From Syntrophobacteraceae bacterium (GTDB lineage: Bacteria; Desulfobacterota; Syntrophobacteria; Syntrophobacterales; Syntrophobacteraceae): a stretch of DNA of 64,000 nt. Made by a program: the position numbers and the translations under genes. This document shows positions 20,425 through 28,584 of this stretch, piece after piece (position 1 is the stretch's first letter; every line of letters begins with the position of its first letter). The notes beneath the pieces are model-generated. The model had not been told where the DNA came from, searched no databases, and saw nothing but the letters and a program-made list of their open reading frames with translations. Location of the stretch: NCBI GenBank assembly GCA_049964955.1, contig JBMFWU010000005.1:4090-68089 (forward strand), given 5' to 3'.

Positions 20425-20525
20425 AGACCCCCTCCTCGAACTTGATTATACGGTGGCCGGCTTGTGTCACCTAACCGAACTATAATCTTTTTTCCAGCTT
20501 GAAACTGCAATTAGTATCGTTTCAT

Positions 20526-20560
20526 CCCCGCGGGGGGGGGCGAAAGTCCCCGCTCTTTTG
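20526..20560. repeat. G/C hairpin repeat, copy 2 (degenerate)
   Basis: CCCCGCGGGGGGGGGCGAAAGTCCCCGCTCTTTT. Its reverse complement AAAAGAGCGGGGACTTTCGCCCCC aligns with AAAAGAGCGGGGGCTTTCGCCCCC at 18448-18471. It lies immediately 3' of the UbiD-like gene. Confidence 0.6.
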
Positions 20561-20576
20561 CTCTTCGCCTCTGCCT

Positions 20577-22418
20577 TTAGCGGCGCGGCAGGAATTCTTC
20601 GATACCGAGTTCCCGAGCGCGCGCTTCGATTCTTTGCGCTACTTCCGGGTCCATTTGGATGTCGGCCGGCCAGGGGCGGGTGTGGCCGTCTTCAGGACCC
20701 TTGATGGTGGCGTCGAGTACTATTCTCCCGCTTTTTCTATAGATGTCTCTTGCGGGATCGACGTTGTTTGCGATTTTCCAGAGCACGAGCGGGTAGTCGT
20801 TCAAGGCTATGGACGAATCGAGCAAAACGAAGATCGAAAAGGGCGCAAGGGCGGAGCTTTCAAGCAGGTTTGGGGCGAGCGCGCGGCCCGAAATCTTGCC
20901 GTCTTTTTCGAGATTTACGAGAAGTACGCGGTTTTTGGTGTCGAGAGGCGGAAGGTGAAAGTCTGCGAGTCGGGAGGATATCTCTCGGAGGCTTTTTTCG
21001 ATAGTTTCGGTTGTCGGGATCGGAAGGGTTTGGTGTGTGGGCCGTGGCCGTTCGCCCGCATGTCTTCGGGTGGCGTCGATACCGAGCTTGCTACCGAAAA
21101 GCGGATCGGGGGCGCTATGGTCGAGGACGTCGAGAATGCCCTCGGTGATGAAAAGATCGCTTTCGAGATCGATTTCATCGAGGATGGCGCGCAGGACGGC
21201 TGCGGGGTGGCGCAAACCGATATTGTCGTCAAGGAGTACCACGGCCTTGGTGAAGCTCATCTGCCCCTGTGCCCAGACCGCGCTCATGATCCTGCGGGCG
21301 TGGCCGGGATATTCTTTTTCGAGGCTCATGACCACGAGGTTGTGGAAGACTCCTTCCCAGGGCATCCAAAAATCGCGCACCTCCGGGTGAATCGAGCGGA
21401 GGAGAGGCAGAAAGAACCGTTCGGTCGCCTTGGCGAGCCAGCAGTCTTCCATGGGTGGGCGTCCCACAAGGGTTGCCGAATACACCGGGTTTTTGCGGTG
21501 GGTAAGGGCGGTCAGGTGGAAGACGGGATATTCGCCAACGAGCGAGTAATAGCCGGTGTGGTCTCCAAAGGGGCCTTCCAGGCGAAGCTCGTCAGGATCT
21601 ACATACCCTTCGAGCACGAATTCGGCTTCGGCGGGGACCTCCAGGTCTATGGAGACGCATCGGGTCATGGAGACCGGTTTTTTCCGGATGAAGCCGGCCA
21701 GGAGCATTTCGTCGATTCCCTGCGGAAGCGGGGCGGTAGCGGCCCAGGTGACTGCGGGGTCGGTGCCGATCGCGACGGCAACGGGCATGCGCCTGCCCGC
21801 CTTCCGGTACTCCTGGAAATAATGGGAGCCGTCCTTGTGAATGTGCCAGTGCATGCCGGTCGTATTGCGGTCGAAGACCTGGAGGCGGTACATGCCCGCG
21901 TTTCGACGGCCTGTCTCCAGGCTGCGGGTAAAGACGACCGGAAGTGTTACGAAAGGTCCTCCGTCTCCGGGCCAGCAGGTAAGAACGGGCAGCCTCGAAA
22001 GATCGATTTGTTCTCCCCGGAGCACGACTTCCTGGCATGGGGCCGTGGAGGTCTTGCGGGGAAGGGATTTGAGGATGTCGATTCCCATGGGAAGAAGCTC
22101 CGCCACATCGCGGAAAGACTTCGGGGGGCCGAGGCGCAGGAACCGTTCGATCCTCCGGGCGAGCGCGTCCAGCGAGTCCGTCCCCAGGGCCATGCAGATA
22201 CGGCGTTCAGACCCGAAGGCGTTGGTCAAGACGGGAAAGGGCGCCTTTTCGACTCGTTCGAAAAGAAGCGCTTTGCCTCCCCCGGGGGCCTTGGAGGCCA
22301 GGTCCGTGATGTGGGAGATTTCGAGCGCGCTGGAAACCGGTGCGCTTATGCGCAGCAACTCCCCCGCCTTTTCAAGCTCGGATATGAATTCCCCGAGATT
22401 TTTGAATGCGGTCTTCAT
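20577..22418 (-). CDS. UbiD-family (de)carboxylase, menaquinone/ubiquinone biosynthesis type
   Basis: 613 aa. N-terminal LGEFISELEKAGELLRISAPVS...ALLFERV and the central FGDHTGYYS region are typical of UbiD family. Directly downstream of a UbiA-type prenyltransferase. Confidence 0.85.
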   Translation of the reverse strand: MKTAFKNLGEFISELEKAGELLRISAPVSSALEISHITDLASKAPGGGKALLFERVEKAPFPVLTNAFGSERRICMALGTDSLDALARRIERFLRLGPPKSFRDVAELLPMGIDILKSLPRKTSTAPCQEVVLRGEQIDLSRLPVLTCWPGDGGPFVTLPVVFTRSLETGRRNAGMYRLQVFDRNTTGMHWHIHKDGSHYFQEYRKAGRRMPVAVAIGTDPAVTWAATAPLPQGIDEMLLAGFIRKKPVSMTRCVSIDLEVPAEAEFVLEGYVDPDELRLEGPFGDHTGYYSLVGEYPVFHLTALTHRKNPVYSATLVGRPPMEDCWLAKATERFFLPLLRSIHPEVRDFWMPWEGVFHNLVVMSLEKEYPGHARRIMSAVWAQGQMSFTKAVVLLDDNIGLRHPAAVLRAILDEIDLESDLFITEGILDVLDHSAPDPLFGSKLGIDATRRHAGERPRPTHQTLPIPTTETIEKSLREISSRLADFHLPPLDTKNRVLLVNLEKDGKISGRALAPNLLESSALAPFSIFVLLDSSIALNDYPLVLWKIANNVDPARDIYRKSGRIVLDATIKGPEDGHTRPWPADIQMDPEVAQRIEARARELGIEEFLPRR

Positions 22419-22431
22419 GTGGCTTAAACAA

Positions 22432-23286
22432 TCACCTTCCCGCCAGGACCCCCAAAAAGAGCAGGATCGATATCGCGCTGTTTACGTGGAAAAAAGCTAT
22501 GTTGACCTTGTCGAGGCAGTCGGGCCGCACGAGTTTGTGTTCGGCAAAAATAAGGATGCTTATCACCAGGAGGAAAAACAGGTACGCATGGCCGAGATCG
22601 AATGCGAAATAGACCAGGAAGAGAAAAAGCAGGGTAAAGAGATGGAGCACGGTCGAATAGAGGAGCGCGTTGGACACTCCCCGGCAGGCAGGCAGGGAAA
22701 ACAGGTTGTGTTCCCGGTCAAATTCGACGTCCTGGCACGCGTAGAGGATATCGAATCCCGCGATATAGGTCATGAGAGCAAAGGAAAGAAGCAGGATTTT
22801 CCAGTTGAGGCTCCCGCTTACCGCTACCCAGACCGCTGCGGGCGCAAGCCCGATGGCGAAACCGAGCGCCAGATGGCAAAGGGTCGTAAACCTCTTCGTA
22901 AACGAATACAAAAGAAGAATCGCCAGCACCGGCAGGGACAATATGAAACACAGATGCCCCAGCAAGGCGGCCACACCGACGAAAACCAGAGCGGAGACCA
23001 AAACGAAAAGCAAAACGGAAGGAAGGTCAACCTGCCCGGTCACATGCGGCCGGTTTGCCGTTCGGGGGTTCAGGCGGTCGTAGCGATAGTCGGCGAGGCG
23101 ATTGAAGCCCATGGCCGCAGACCTTGCGGAGGCCATGGCCGCAATGATCAGGGCGAAGGTCGCCAGGCTTACCGGGTGCTTGCTGTTTGCAAGCAGCAGG
23201 GCCGCCAGGGCGAACGGAAGGGCGAAAACCGTGTGGCTGAACTTTATCAGCCTTCCGTACGTACCGATCTTTGATGTCAGTGTCAT
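22432..23286 (-). CDS. UbiA-family aromatic prenyltransferase
   Basis: Polytopic membrane protein with GFNRLADYRYD Asp-rich motif. Start uncertain (ATG 23286 = MTLTSKIGTYG, or GTG 23322). Confidence 0.8.
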   Translation of the reverse strand: MTLTSKIGTYGRLIKFSHTVFALPFALAALLLANSKHPVSLATFALIIAAMASARSAAMGFNRLADYRYDRLNPRTANRPHVTGQVDLPSVLLFVLVSALVFVGVAALLGHLCFILSLPVLAILLLYSFTKRFTTLCHLALGFAIGLAPAAVWVAVSGSLNWKILLLSFALMTYIAGFDILYACQDVEFDREHNLFSLPACRGVSNALLYSTVLHLFTLLFLFLVYFAFDLGHAYLFFLLVISILIFAEHKLVRPDCLDKVNIAFFHVNSAISILLFLGVLAGR

Positions 23287-23396
23287 TTCCGGGCTCAGGT
23301 TGGGTTGATGTATGTTTCTCACTCAAAGCGACAAATATACTATTTCCCAAGAATTTTTTCCAGAGCCGCACCGGCAAAATTCACGGGGAAAAGGTA

Positions 23397-23431
23397 AGGC
23401 CCGGACGTGCGTCAAAAGCATCACGCCGGGC
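23397..23431 (-). terminator. hairpin downstream of flgM
   Basis: GGCCCGG(a)CGTG...CACGCCGGGCC stem. On the minus strand it is followed by TTACCTTTTCCCC, a weak U-tract. Confidence 0.45.
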
Positions 23432-23461
23432 CTTCACAAATGGTGTCAAGAAAATGTCCGC

Positions 23462-23749
23462 TTACATGATCTCGTTGAGCATGTTTCCCGCTATGGCTCC
23501 AGGATTTATCTGGTAGCTTCCGCTGTCGATCTGGCCCTTTACCTGCTCAACCTTATCGGTTCGGATCTCCTGGGGCCCCGAAATCGACTTCTGCGCATTG
23601 GCGAGATTCATGTAATTTTGGGAAAGCTGCACCCGGTCGGAGGCGACCCCGGTCGTAGCGGTCTTTCCCGGCGCGTTCGTTTTCCCGTCCGTCGGCGCCG
23701 CGCTCTCAGCGCCATTCGTCTGATATGGCGGGATTTTCATGATATTCAT
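23462..23749 (-). CDS. flgM: anti-sigma-28 factor FlgM
   Basis: 95 aa. C-terminal IRTDKVEQVKGQIDSGSYQINPGAIAGNMLNE matches the FlgM signature. Confidence 0.8.
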   Translation of the reverse strand: MNIMKIPPYQTNGAESAAPTDGKTNAPGKTATTGVASDRVQLSQNYMNLANAQKSISGPQEIRTDKVEQVKGQIDSGSYQINPGAIAGNMLNEIM

Positions 23750-24024
23750 CTATTTCCTTCCGCCACCGGCCCGTCGCTCATCGCGGATTCCCTTCCTGCC
23801 GAGCCGGCTTCATCATCCTGTTTGGGGCACATATTTTCTAAAATCCGGCTGGTCAAACGGTCCATTATCAGCTTGCGTTTTCCTTCGCCGGAGATCGATA
23901 CTTTCTCCTCGTCGTTCTCCGAATCGCCGGGATTGCCGCCCGCCTGCGATTTCAGCTTCGACTTCTTCAGCTGCTTCGTGTAGGTCCGCAGGACACTCTG
24001 GACTTGGTACCCTGTTATAACCAT
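23746..24024 (-). CDS. small hypothetical protein translationally coupled to flgM
   Basis: 92 aa. Its stop overlaps the flgM ATG by 4 nt. Charged and low-complexity. It may correspond to FlgM-associated small proteins known from Desulfovibrio (from memory, unverified). Confidence 0.5.
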   Translation of the reverse strand: MVITGYQVQSVLRTYTKQLKKSKLKSQAGGNPGDSENDEEKVSISGEGKRKLIMDRLTSRILENMCPKQDDEAGSAGRESAMSDGPVAEGNR

Positions 24025-24094
24025 GCCGCAATTCCTCCTGACAAGGAATCGGAATTCATCTGAGATTACTTAAAGAAAATGAGGGCGAAAAGCA

Positions 24095-24460
24095 ATGCAA
24101 ATCCTCTTTTTTTTGCCGTTCGCTTTTTGCGTCCTGTCTGGAACCGGTGAGGCGGGGTTGGCACAGAACTTGATAGCAATTCTCAGTGCGCTCATGATGG
24201 GCCAAAAGCAGGTGAGAAGCCGAGAACCAGGCAAAGATAAGGAGATTGGTGTGGCAAAGGTCGATTGCACGCGATGCGCCCACTATGTAATCACGTGGAT
24301 CACCGGAACGCCCTACGGCTGTGACGCCTGGGGCATCAAGTCGTCCAGGCGTCCGGACCAGGTAGTCTATGCTGCCTCCGGCGTTCAATGCCAGCTTTTC
24401 AGTCCGAAGTGCAAAAAGGCGGACAGTAAGCAGGAAGGCATAAAAGGGAGGGGATTTTAA
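24095..24460 (+). CDS. small Cys-rich hypothetical protein
   Basis: Conserved-looking core VDCTRCAHYVITWITGTPYGCDAWGIKSSRRPDQVVYAASGVQCQLFSPK. Start uncertain (ATG 24095, or ATG 24194/24197). It ends 2 nt before the diguanylate cyclase ATG. Confidence 0.45.
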   Translation: MQILFFLPFAFCVLSGTGEAGLAQNLIAILSALMMGQKQVRSREPGKDKEIGVAKVDCTRCAHYVITWITGTPYGCDAWGIKSSRRPDQVVYAASGVQCQLFSPKCKKADSKQEGIKGRGF

Positions 24461-24462
24461 CT

Positions 24463-25902
24463 ATGAGGCAGTTGGATGTCGGCCGGCAGGGAGAAACTAA
24501 GGGTGCCAAAGATGCGGTGACGCAAAAGGCCAACGGAAAGGGCTTCAAAGGCGCAGTTGAGGATCATGAAGAAGCGATGAAGATGCGCGACCTGCTCAAG
24601 CGCTCGATCGCCGCCATGTGCGCTCTGGCCAGGGATGAAAACACGGCGGTGAATGCCAGGCTTCTCGATTTCAAAAATACCGTGCAAAGAGAATCGGCCG
24701 TCGGAGAGTTGGAAGAAAGCCTCCAGGCATTAAAAAGAGCGATACTTGAAAGTGACGATGCGGAGGGCGCGACGCCCAAGGCAGAAACTGCCGACCCGGC
24801 AAAAAATTCCGCTCCTGCCGGGGGCACAAAGGCTGTTCTCGATCAACTCCGCTCCATATTTCTCCACCTGGCCGGGGAATTCGATCGTGACTTCGGAGAA
24901 GAATATTCCGGGCGAGTGGCCATGCTCCGCGGGAAAATTCAAAAATGTGCCCGCATCGAAGATGTCGTGAGTCTCAAGCCGGACATCGCCACGCTCATCG
25001 AACTCTACAACCAGTCGATAGACGAGGAACGCACCCAGGTCACCGAGTTCATCGCGGAGATGAGCGAAGGCCTGCTGGAACTCGAGCGGCTCTATATCGG
25101 CACGATGAGCCAGACGGGGCAGAGCGAGAAGGAAAATAAGAATTTCAACCAGATCGTCGAAAACCACATGGAAGACATGAAAAAATCGGCGCAGCTCAGT
25201 ACGACGCTCGCCGACTTCAGGGAACTCGTCCTGACCCGGCTGGCATCGATCCGCAGCGCTCTGGAGGCAAAGCGCCGCTCGGAGGCGCTGCGCCATGAGA
25301 GTCTCCGAGAGGAGATGGAATCGCTCAATCAAAACCTGAGCCGGATGAAAAAGGAAGTCGATCAGGTCCATGAGAAGCGCAAGGCCCTGGAAAAGGAGGT
25401 ACTCATCGACTCGCTCACCGGAGTGGCGAACCGGCGGGCATTGAAGGAACGCCTCAAAAACGAAATGTACCGCTTCCAGAGATATAACCAGATCTTTTCC
25501 CTCGTTGTCTTCGATATCGACCGCTTTAAGTCCATAAACGATCAGCACGGCCACTGGGCTGGCGACAGATGCCTCAAGGAGATCGTAAAACGCATCGGCC
25601 CCATCCTGCGGGAAACCGATCTTATCGGACGGTGGGGAGGGGACGAGTTTGTGTTGATTTTTGCGGCCACTTGCCTGGAAAGCGCGGCTACCGTGGCGGA
25701 AAGACTGCGGAAATTGATCCAGAACACCCGTCTGGTTTACCACAAGCAAGAAATCAGCCTGAGCATAAGCATCGGGGTGGCCCAGGCCCTCGAGGGCGAC
25801 CAGTCCATCGAAAAGCTCTTCAACCGGGCCGATAAGGCCATGTACAAGTCAAAGAAGGCGGGAGGAAATAGTGTCAGTGTCAGTGAAAACAGTGAACAGT
25901 GA
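24463..25902 (+). CDS. diguanylate cyclase (GGDEF domain) with long coiled-coil N-terminal region
   Basis: DSLTGVANRR, FDIDRFKSINDQHGH, RWGGDEFVLIF. The last codons ...SVSVSENSEQ* are encoded by heptamer repeats. Confidence 0.9.
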   Translation: MRQLDVGRQGETKGAKDAVTQKANGKGFKGAVEDHEEAMKMRDLLKRSIAAMCALARDENTAVNARLLDFKNTVQRESAVGELEESLQALKRAILESDDAEGATPKAETADPAKNSAPAGGTKAVLDQLRSIFLHLAGEFDRDFGEEYSGRVAMLRGKIQKCARIEDVVSLKPDIATLIELYNQSIDEERTQVTEFIAEMSEGLLELERLYIGTMSQTGQSEKENKNFNQIVENHMEDMKKSAQLSTTLADFRELVLTRLASIRSALEAKRRSEALRHESLREEMESLNQNLSRMKKEVDQVHEKRKALEKEVLIDSLTGVANRRALKERLKNEMYRFQRYNQIFSLVVFDIDRFKSINDQHGHWAGDRCLKEIVKRIGPILRETDLIGRWGGDEFVLIFAATCLESAATVAERLRKLIQNTRLVYHKQEISLSISIGVAQALEGDQSIEKLFNRADKAMYKSKKAGGNSVSVSENSEQ

Positions 25903-26022
25903 GCAGTGAACAGTGAAGGGTGAACAGTGAAGAGTGAAGAGTGAAGAGTGAACTGCTCAGTAGTTCTTACTGATCACCGTTCACCGATCACTGTTCACTG
26001 ATTAAATCACTGCTCACTGACC
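25870..26022. repeat. heptanucleotide array, family A, largest instance, two opposed arms
   Basis: Plus arm AGTGTC AGTGTC AGTGAAAAC AGTGAAC AGTGAGC AGTGAAC AGTGAAG GGTGAAC AGTGAAG x3 AGTGAAC (25870-25952). Mirror arm TCACCGT TCACCGA TCACTGT TCACTGA ... TCACTGC TCACTGA (25974-26020). Confidence 0.9.
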
Positions 26023-26480
26023 TTAATGGGATGCCTTTTTCCGTTGAGTTCGATGAAAAATCCATGCCCCGATTCGTCCTCGCGTATGAAGTCGGCGAGT
26101 TGATAATAGGCCGGGCGCGAAAATCTTGCCGGAAATCGGCCTTCGGCCGTCCTGCAATACATAACATTGTCTTTTGCGCTCATAAGCGTGTCGGGGTCGA
26201 GCGTTTCGGCGCGCGAAAGGTTTTTTAGGCCGATCCGGATCCGTTCCTTGCCCGCATCGTCCCGTTGCCTGTCCACCCGGGAGACCACGAAGGGCGTGTC
26301 GGCCACTTCGAGCAGGCAGCGTCCCTTCAAATCGCAGAGAATATACTCGCCCGTAGGTAAGAGTTCGAGCTTTTCATAGAAGGCCTCCAGAATTTCGGCC
26401 CGGAAGATCCTGCTTCCATTGTAGAACCAGTCTCCGTTTTCATCTACCCGGATGCCGCTGGGTTCGAGTTCTGCGATCAT
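26007..26480 (-). CDS. DUF1285-like protein
   Basis: 157 aa from ATG 26480 (MIAELEPSGIRVDENGDWFYNGSRIFRAEILEAFY). The upstream part of the 337-codon track ORF is out-of-frame overlap with queH. Ends ...KVSEQ* inside the heptamer array. Confidence 0.6.
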   Translation of the reverse strand: MIAELEPSGIRVDENGDWFYNGSRIFRAEILEAFYEKLELLPTGEYILCDLKGRCLLEVADTPFVVSRVDRQRDDAGKERIRIGLKNLSRAETLDPDTLMSAKDNVMYCRTAEGRFPARFSRPAYYQLADFIREDESGHGFFIELNGKRHPIKVSEQ

Positions 26481-27006
26481 TACAAAACCTTTCCATCTCT
26501 GAGTAAATACACCCGCAATATTGTTGCCTGTACAACCCTCGGGCCTCTGCCTCCCTTTGCCCCTCGCGCCACCCGACCCGGAAGTCCCGGTAGAGGAATG
26601 CGATCCCCTGTTTTCGCCCAGCCTCTTCGGCAATGGAGGCGATGAGTTCGTGCTTCTGGCGCCTGCTGTAGAGAAGCGTGGTGGAGAAGGCGTCGAAACC
26701 GCTCTTTTTGGCCAGGCGCGCCGTTGCTTCCAGCCGCAGCGAGTAGCAATACATGCAGCGGTTGGTTTCACGAAAGGCCACCTGTCGAAAGAAGGTCTCC
26801 GGGTCGTAGTCCTCCCGTACGATGAGGGGCAGGTCCCGGTCCTGAGCGCAGGAGCGCAGGGTTTCAAGCCTCTTTTCGAATTCCTGGTACGGCTGGATGT
26901 GAGGATTGTAGAAAAATCCGTGCACGACAAAGTCTTCGCCGCGCAGCGCCGAAACCGGGTAGAGCGAACAGGGGCCGCAACAAATATGAAGAAGGATTCG
27001 CGGCAT
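26440..27006 (-). CDS. queH: epoxyqueuosine reductase QueH (DUF208)
   Basis: MPRILLHICCGPCS N-terminus, CMYCYSLRL and YCGCIYSE Cys motifs. Start set at ATG 27006. Confidence 0.8.
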   Translation of the reverse strand: MPRILLHICCGPCSLYPVSALRGEDFVVHGFFYNPHIQPYQEFEKRLETLRSCAQDRDLPLIVREDYDPETFFRQVAFRETNRCMYCYSLRLEATARLAKKSGFDAFSTTLLYSRRQKHELIASIAEEAGRKQGIAFLYRDFRVGWREGQREAEARGLYRQQYCGCIYSEMERFCNDRRTRTQRHPGR

Positions 27007-27035
27007 GGCCAACACTCCATGTAGACTAAGAGCTA

Positions 27036-27455
27036 TTACGCACTCGGGTGCGCGATGAATGGATTTCGTATGAGAAGCCGGCTTTCGATCACCAGTCCGT
27101 CGCACATATCCTCGGAATACAGGGTTTTGCAGTTTCCGAGCAGGGCGGCGGCCACTATCATTGCATCGTAGAGGTTCAATCCGTACCGTTTCGCTACGGC
27201 GATTCCCCTGGCATGCGTTTCGACCGTCAAAGAAACGACCCGGCACATCGACCGGATGAGCGTCAATACTTCGTCTGTTTCCTGCCACGTCATGGCCAGC
27301 TTCCGACGCGCCACGCTCGCCATTTCATTTAATACCTGGACGCTGATCAGTCCTCCCGCCCGCAAGATATTTTCGGCCCGGTCGGCCTTGTCGTTATCCA
27401 GCGACAGCAGATAGAGAAGGACGTTGGTGTCGATGAACGCTTCAGGACCGGGCAT
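27036..27455 (-). CDS. vapC: PIN-domain toxin VapC
   Basis: AFIDTNVLLYLL (first acidic residue), LYDAMIVAAALLGNCKTLYSEDM. Start ATG 27455 overlaps the antitoxin end by 14 nt. Confidence 0.85.
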   Translation of the reverse strand: MPGPEAFIDTNVLLYLLSLDNDKADRAENILRAGGLISVQVLNEMASVARRKLAMTWQETDEVLTLIRSMCRVVSLTVETHARGIAVAKRYGLNLYDAMIVAAALLGNCKTLYSEDMCDGLVIESRLLIRNPFIAHPSA

Positions 27456-27675
27456 TGACGTCGTCCCGATCGAACCGGAAGTCGGCAGGCAGTTTTCCCC
27501 GGAACCTGCGCAACCGTTCGAGGGCCGCATCTTTCCCGGAATCTTTCCTTATGCGAAAAACACGTTCCTCCGCAACCAACACCTCGATATCGTCGCCTTC
27601 CTTAAGCCCCAGGGCCTCGACGACCGAGGCCGGCAACCGAACGGCCAGACTGTTGCCCCATTTGGAAACTCGCAT
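27442..27675 (-). CDS. vapB: AbrB/MazE/SpoVT-family antitoxin VapB
   Basis: MRVSKWGNSLAVRLPASVVEALGLKEGDDIEV is the swapped-hairpin AbrB-like motif. Start ATG 27675. Confidence 0.85.
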   Translation of the reverse strand: MRVSKWGNSLAVRLPASVVEALGLKEGDDIEVLVAEERVFRIRKDSGKDAALERLRRFRGKLPADFRFDRDDVNARS

Positions 27676-27765
27676 GACAGACTCCTGTGTGGATATACAT
27701 GTGAAATGTATATCGTCCCCCATGCTCAAGTCAAGCAGAGAGGCAGGGAACAGTCGATCCGACCG

Positions 27766-27941
27766 GGCGTAGGTTGGGGTGACCGAAAGGGAACCCCAAC
27801 AAACCCTCCGGATTACCGATAAACCATCCGGTCAGGCGTAGGTTGGGGTGACCGAAAGGGAACCCCAACAAACCCTCCGGATTACCGATAAACCATCCGG
27901 TCAGGCGTAGGTTGGGGTGACCGAAAGGGAACCCCAACAAA
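27766..27941 (+). repeat. tandem array of 69-bp units, each containing a REP hairpin (2 full units plus 1 partial)
   Basis: Unit GGCGTAGGTTGGGGTGACCGAAAGGGAACCCCAACAAACCCTCCGGATTACCGATAAACCATCCGGTCA starts at 27766, 27835 and 27904. Hairpin is GTTGGGGT/ACCCCAAC with 5' GTAG. Confidence 0.9.
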
Positions 27942-27966
27942 ACACCGACAGGATAAAGCTGGTGCT

Positions 27967-28500
27967 TCAAGTTTCTCCGAAATCATCCTCTTGCTCAATT
28001 TCTAATTTCCCCGCCCACCCTCGATCGAGTTTGCCGCCGGCAATGTAGCGATGGATGCTCGAGTACGGCCAATCGCAAGCATGATCGACATAGCCGTGTT
28101 TAACCGGATTAAAGTGGATGTAATCTACATGACGACAGTAGTCCCGTTCGTCCCGGATCAGGTGCTCCCAGTAGCGCCTCTGCCAAATACCTCGCTCGCC
28201 CCTGGATATGCGGCTCAGATTGCAAAATTCACCCAGTGGGACCCGCCTGGAGAACCCCGCTTTGATCAAGCCCCATCGTATGGGGTAATCACAATCGCCG
28301 GCAGGCAATGTCCATAGAGCATGAAGATGATCGGGAAGGATTACCGCGGCATCAATGGAAAAGGGATGTCTCGCCATAACGTCACGTATGACGGATCGAA
28401 GCGAATCCACGTAGTCCACCAGAAATGTTCGATTTCGCTCGGCCAGGTTGACCGTGAAGAAATAAGTCCCCCCTGGTCTTTTGACTCGTCGGTATCGCAT
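27967..28500 (-). CDS. REP-associated tyrosine transposase (IS200/IS605-like Y1 HUH family)
   Basis: 177 aa. YFFTVNL, ILPDHLHALW (HUH motif), WQRRYWEHLIRDE, VDYIHFNPVKHGYV (catalytic Tyr region). Confidence 0.85.
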   Translation of the reverse strand: MRYRRVKRPGGTYFFTVNLAERNRTFLVDYVDSLRSVIRDVMARHPFSIDAAVILPDHLHALWTLPAGDCDYPIRWGLIKAGFSRRVPLGEFCNLSRISRGERGIWQRRYWEHLIRDERDYCRHVDYIHFNPVKHGYVDHACDWPYSSIHRYIAGGKLDRGWAGKLEIEQEDDFGET

Positions 28501-28520
28501 TGGGCTACTCCGTAGGGAAT

Positions 28521-28584
28521 GTTGGGGTTCGCGGGGCTCACCCCAACCTACGGTTTATGTTGGGGTTCGCGGGCCCACCCCAAC
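28521..28584 (-). repeat. two REP hairpins in minus orientation
   Basis: GTTGGGGTTCGCGGGGCTCACCCCAACCTAC (28521-28551) and GTTGGGGTTCGCGGGCCCACCCCAAC (28559-28584). The reverse complement of the first starts with GTAG. Confidence 0.85.

Larger units (their letters stand above)
27750..28584 (-). mobile_element. RAYT-REP locus (REP-associated tyrosine transposase flanked by inversely oriented REP hairpins)
   Basis: Y1/HUH transposase gene with GTAG-hairpin repeats on both sides, in opposite orientation. Confidence 0.8.

Noticed and set aside
24157-24172. Sigma-54 promoter TGGCAC-AGAAC-TTGAT upstream of the Cys-rich ORF
   Set aside because: The -24 element and the spacing are perfect, but the essential -12 GC is GA. 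There is no convincing RBS or ATG at a suitable distance.
25870-26022. CRISPR array
   Set aside because: The repeat unit is 7 nt with no spacers. The 69-bp array at 27766 likewise has no unique spacers. No cas genes are present.
27731-27970. 79-aa ORF with repeated GFPFGHPNLRLTGWFIGNPEGLL
   Set aside because: It is simply the translation of the 69-bp REP tandem array. It has no RBS and its periodicity equals the DNA repeat.
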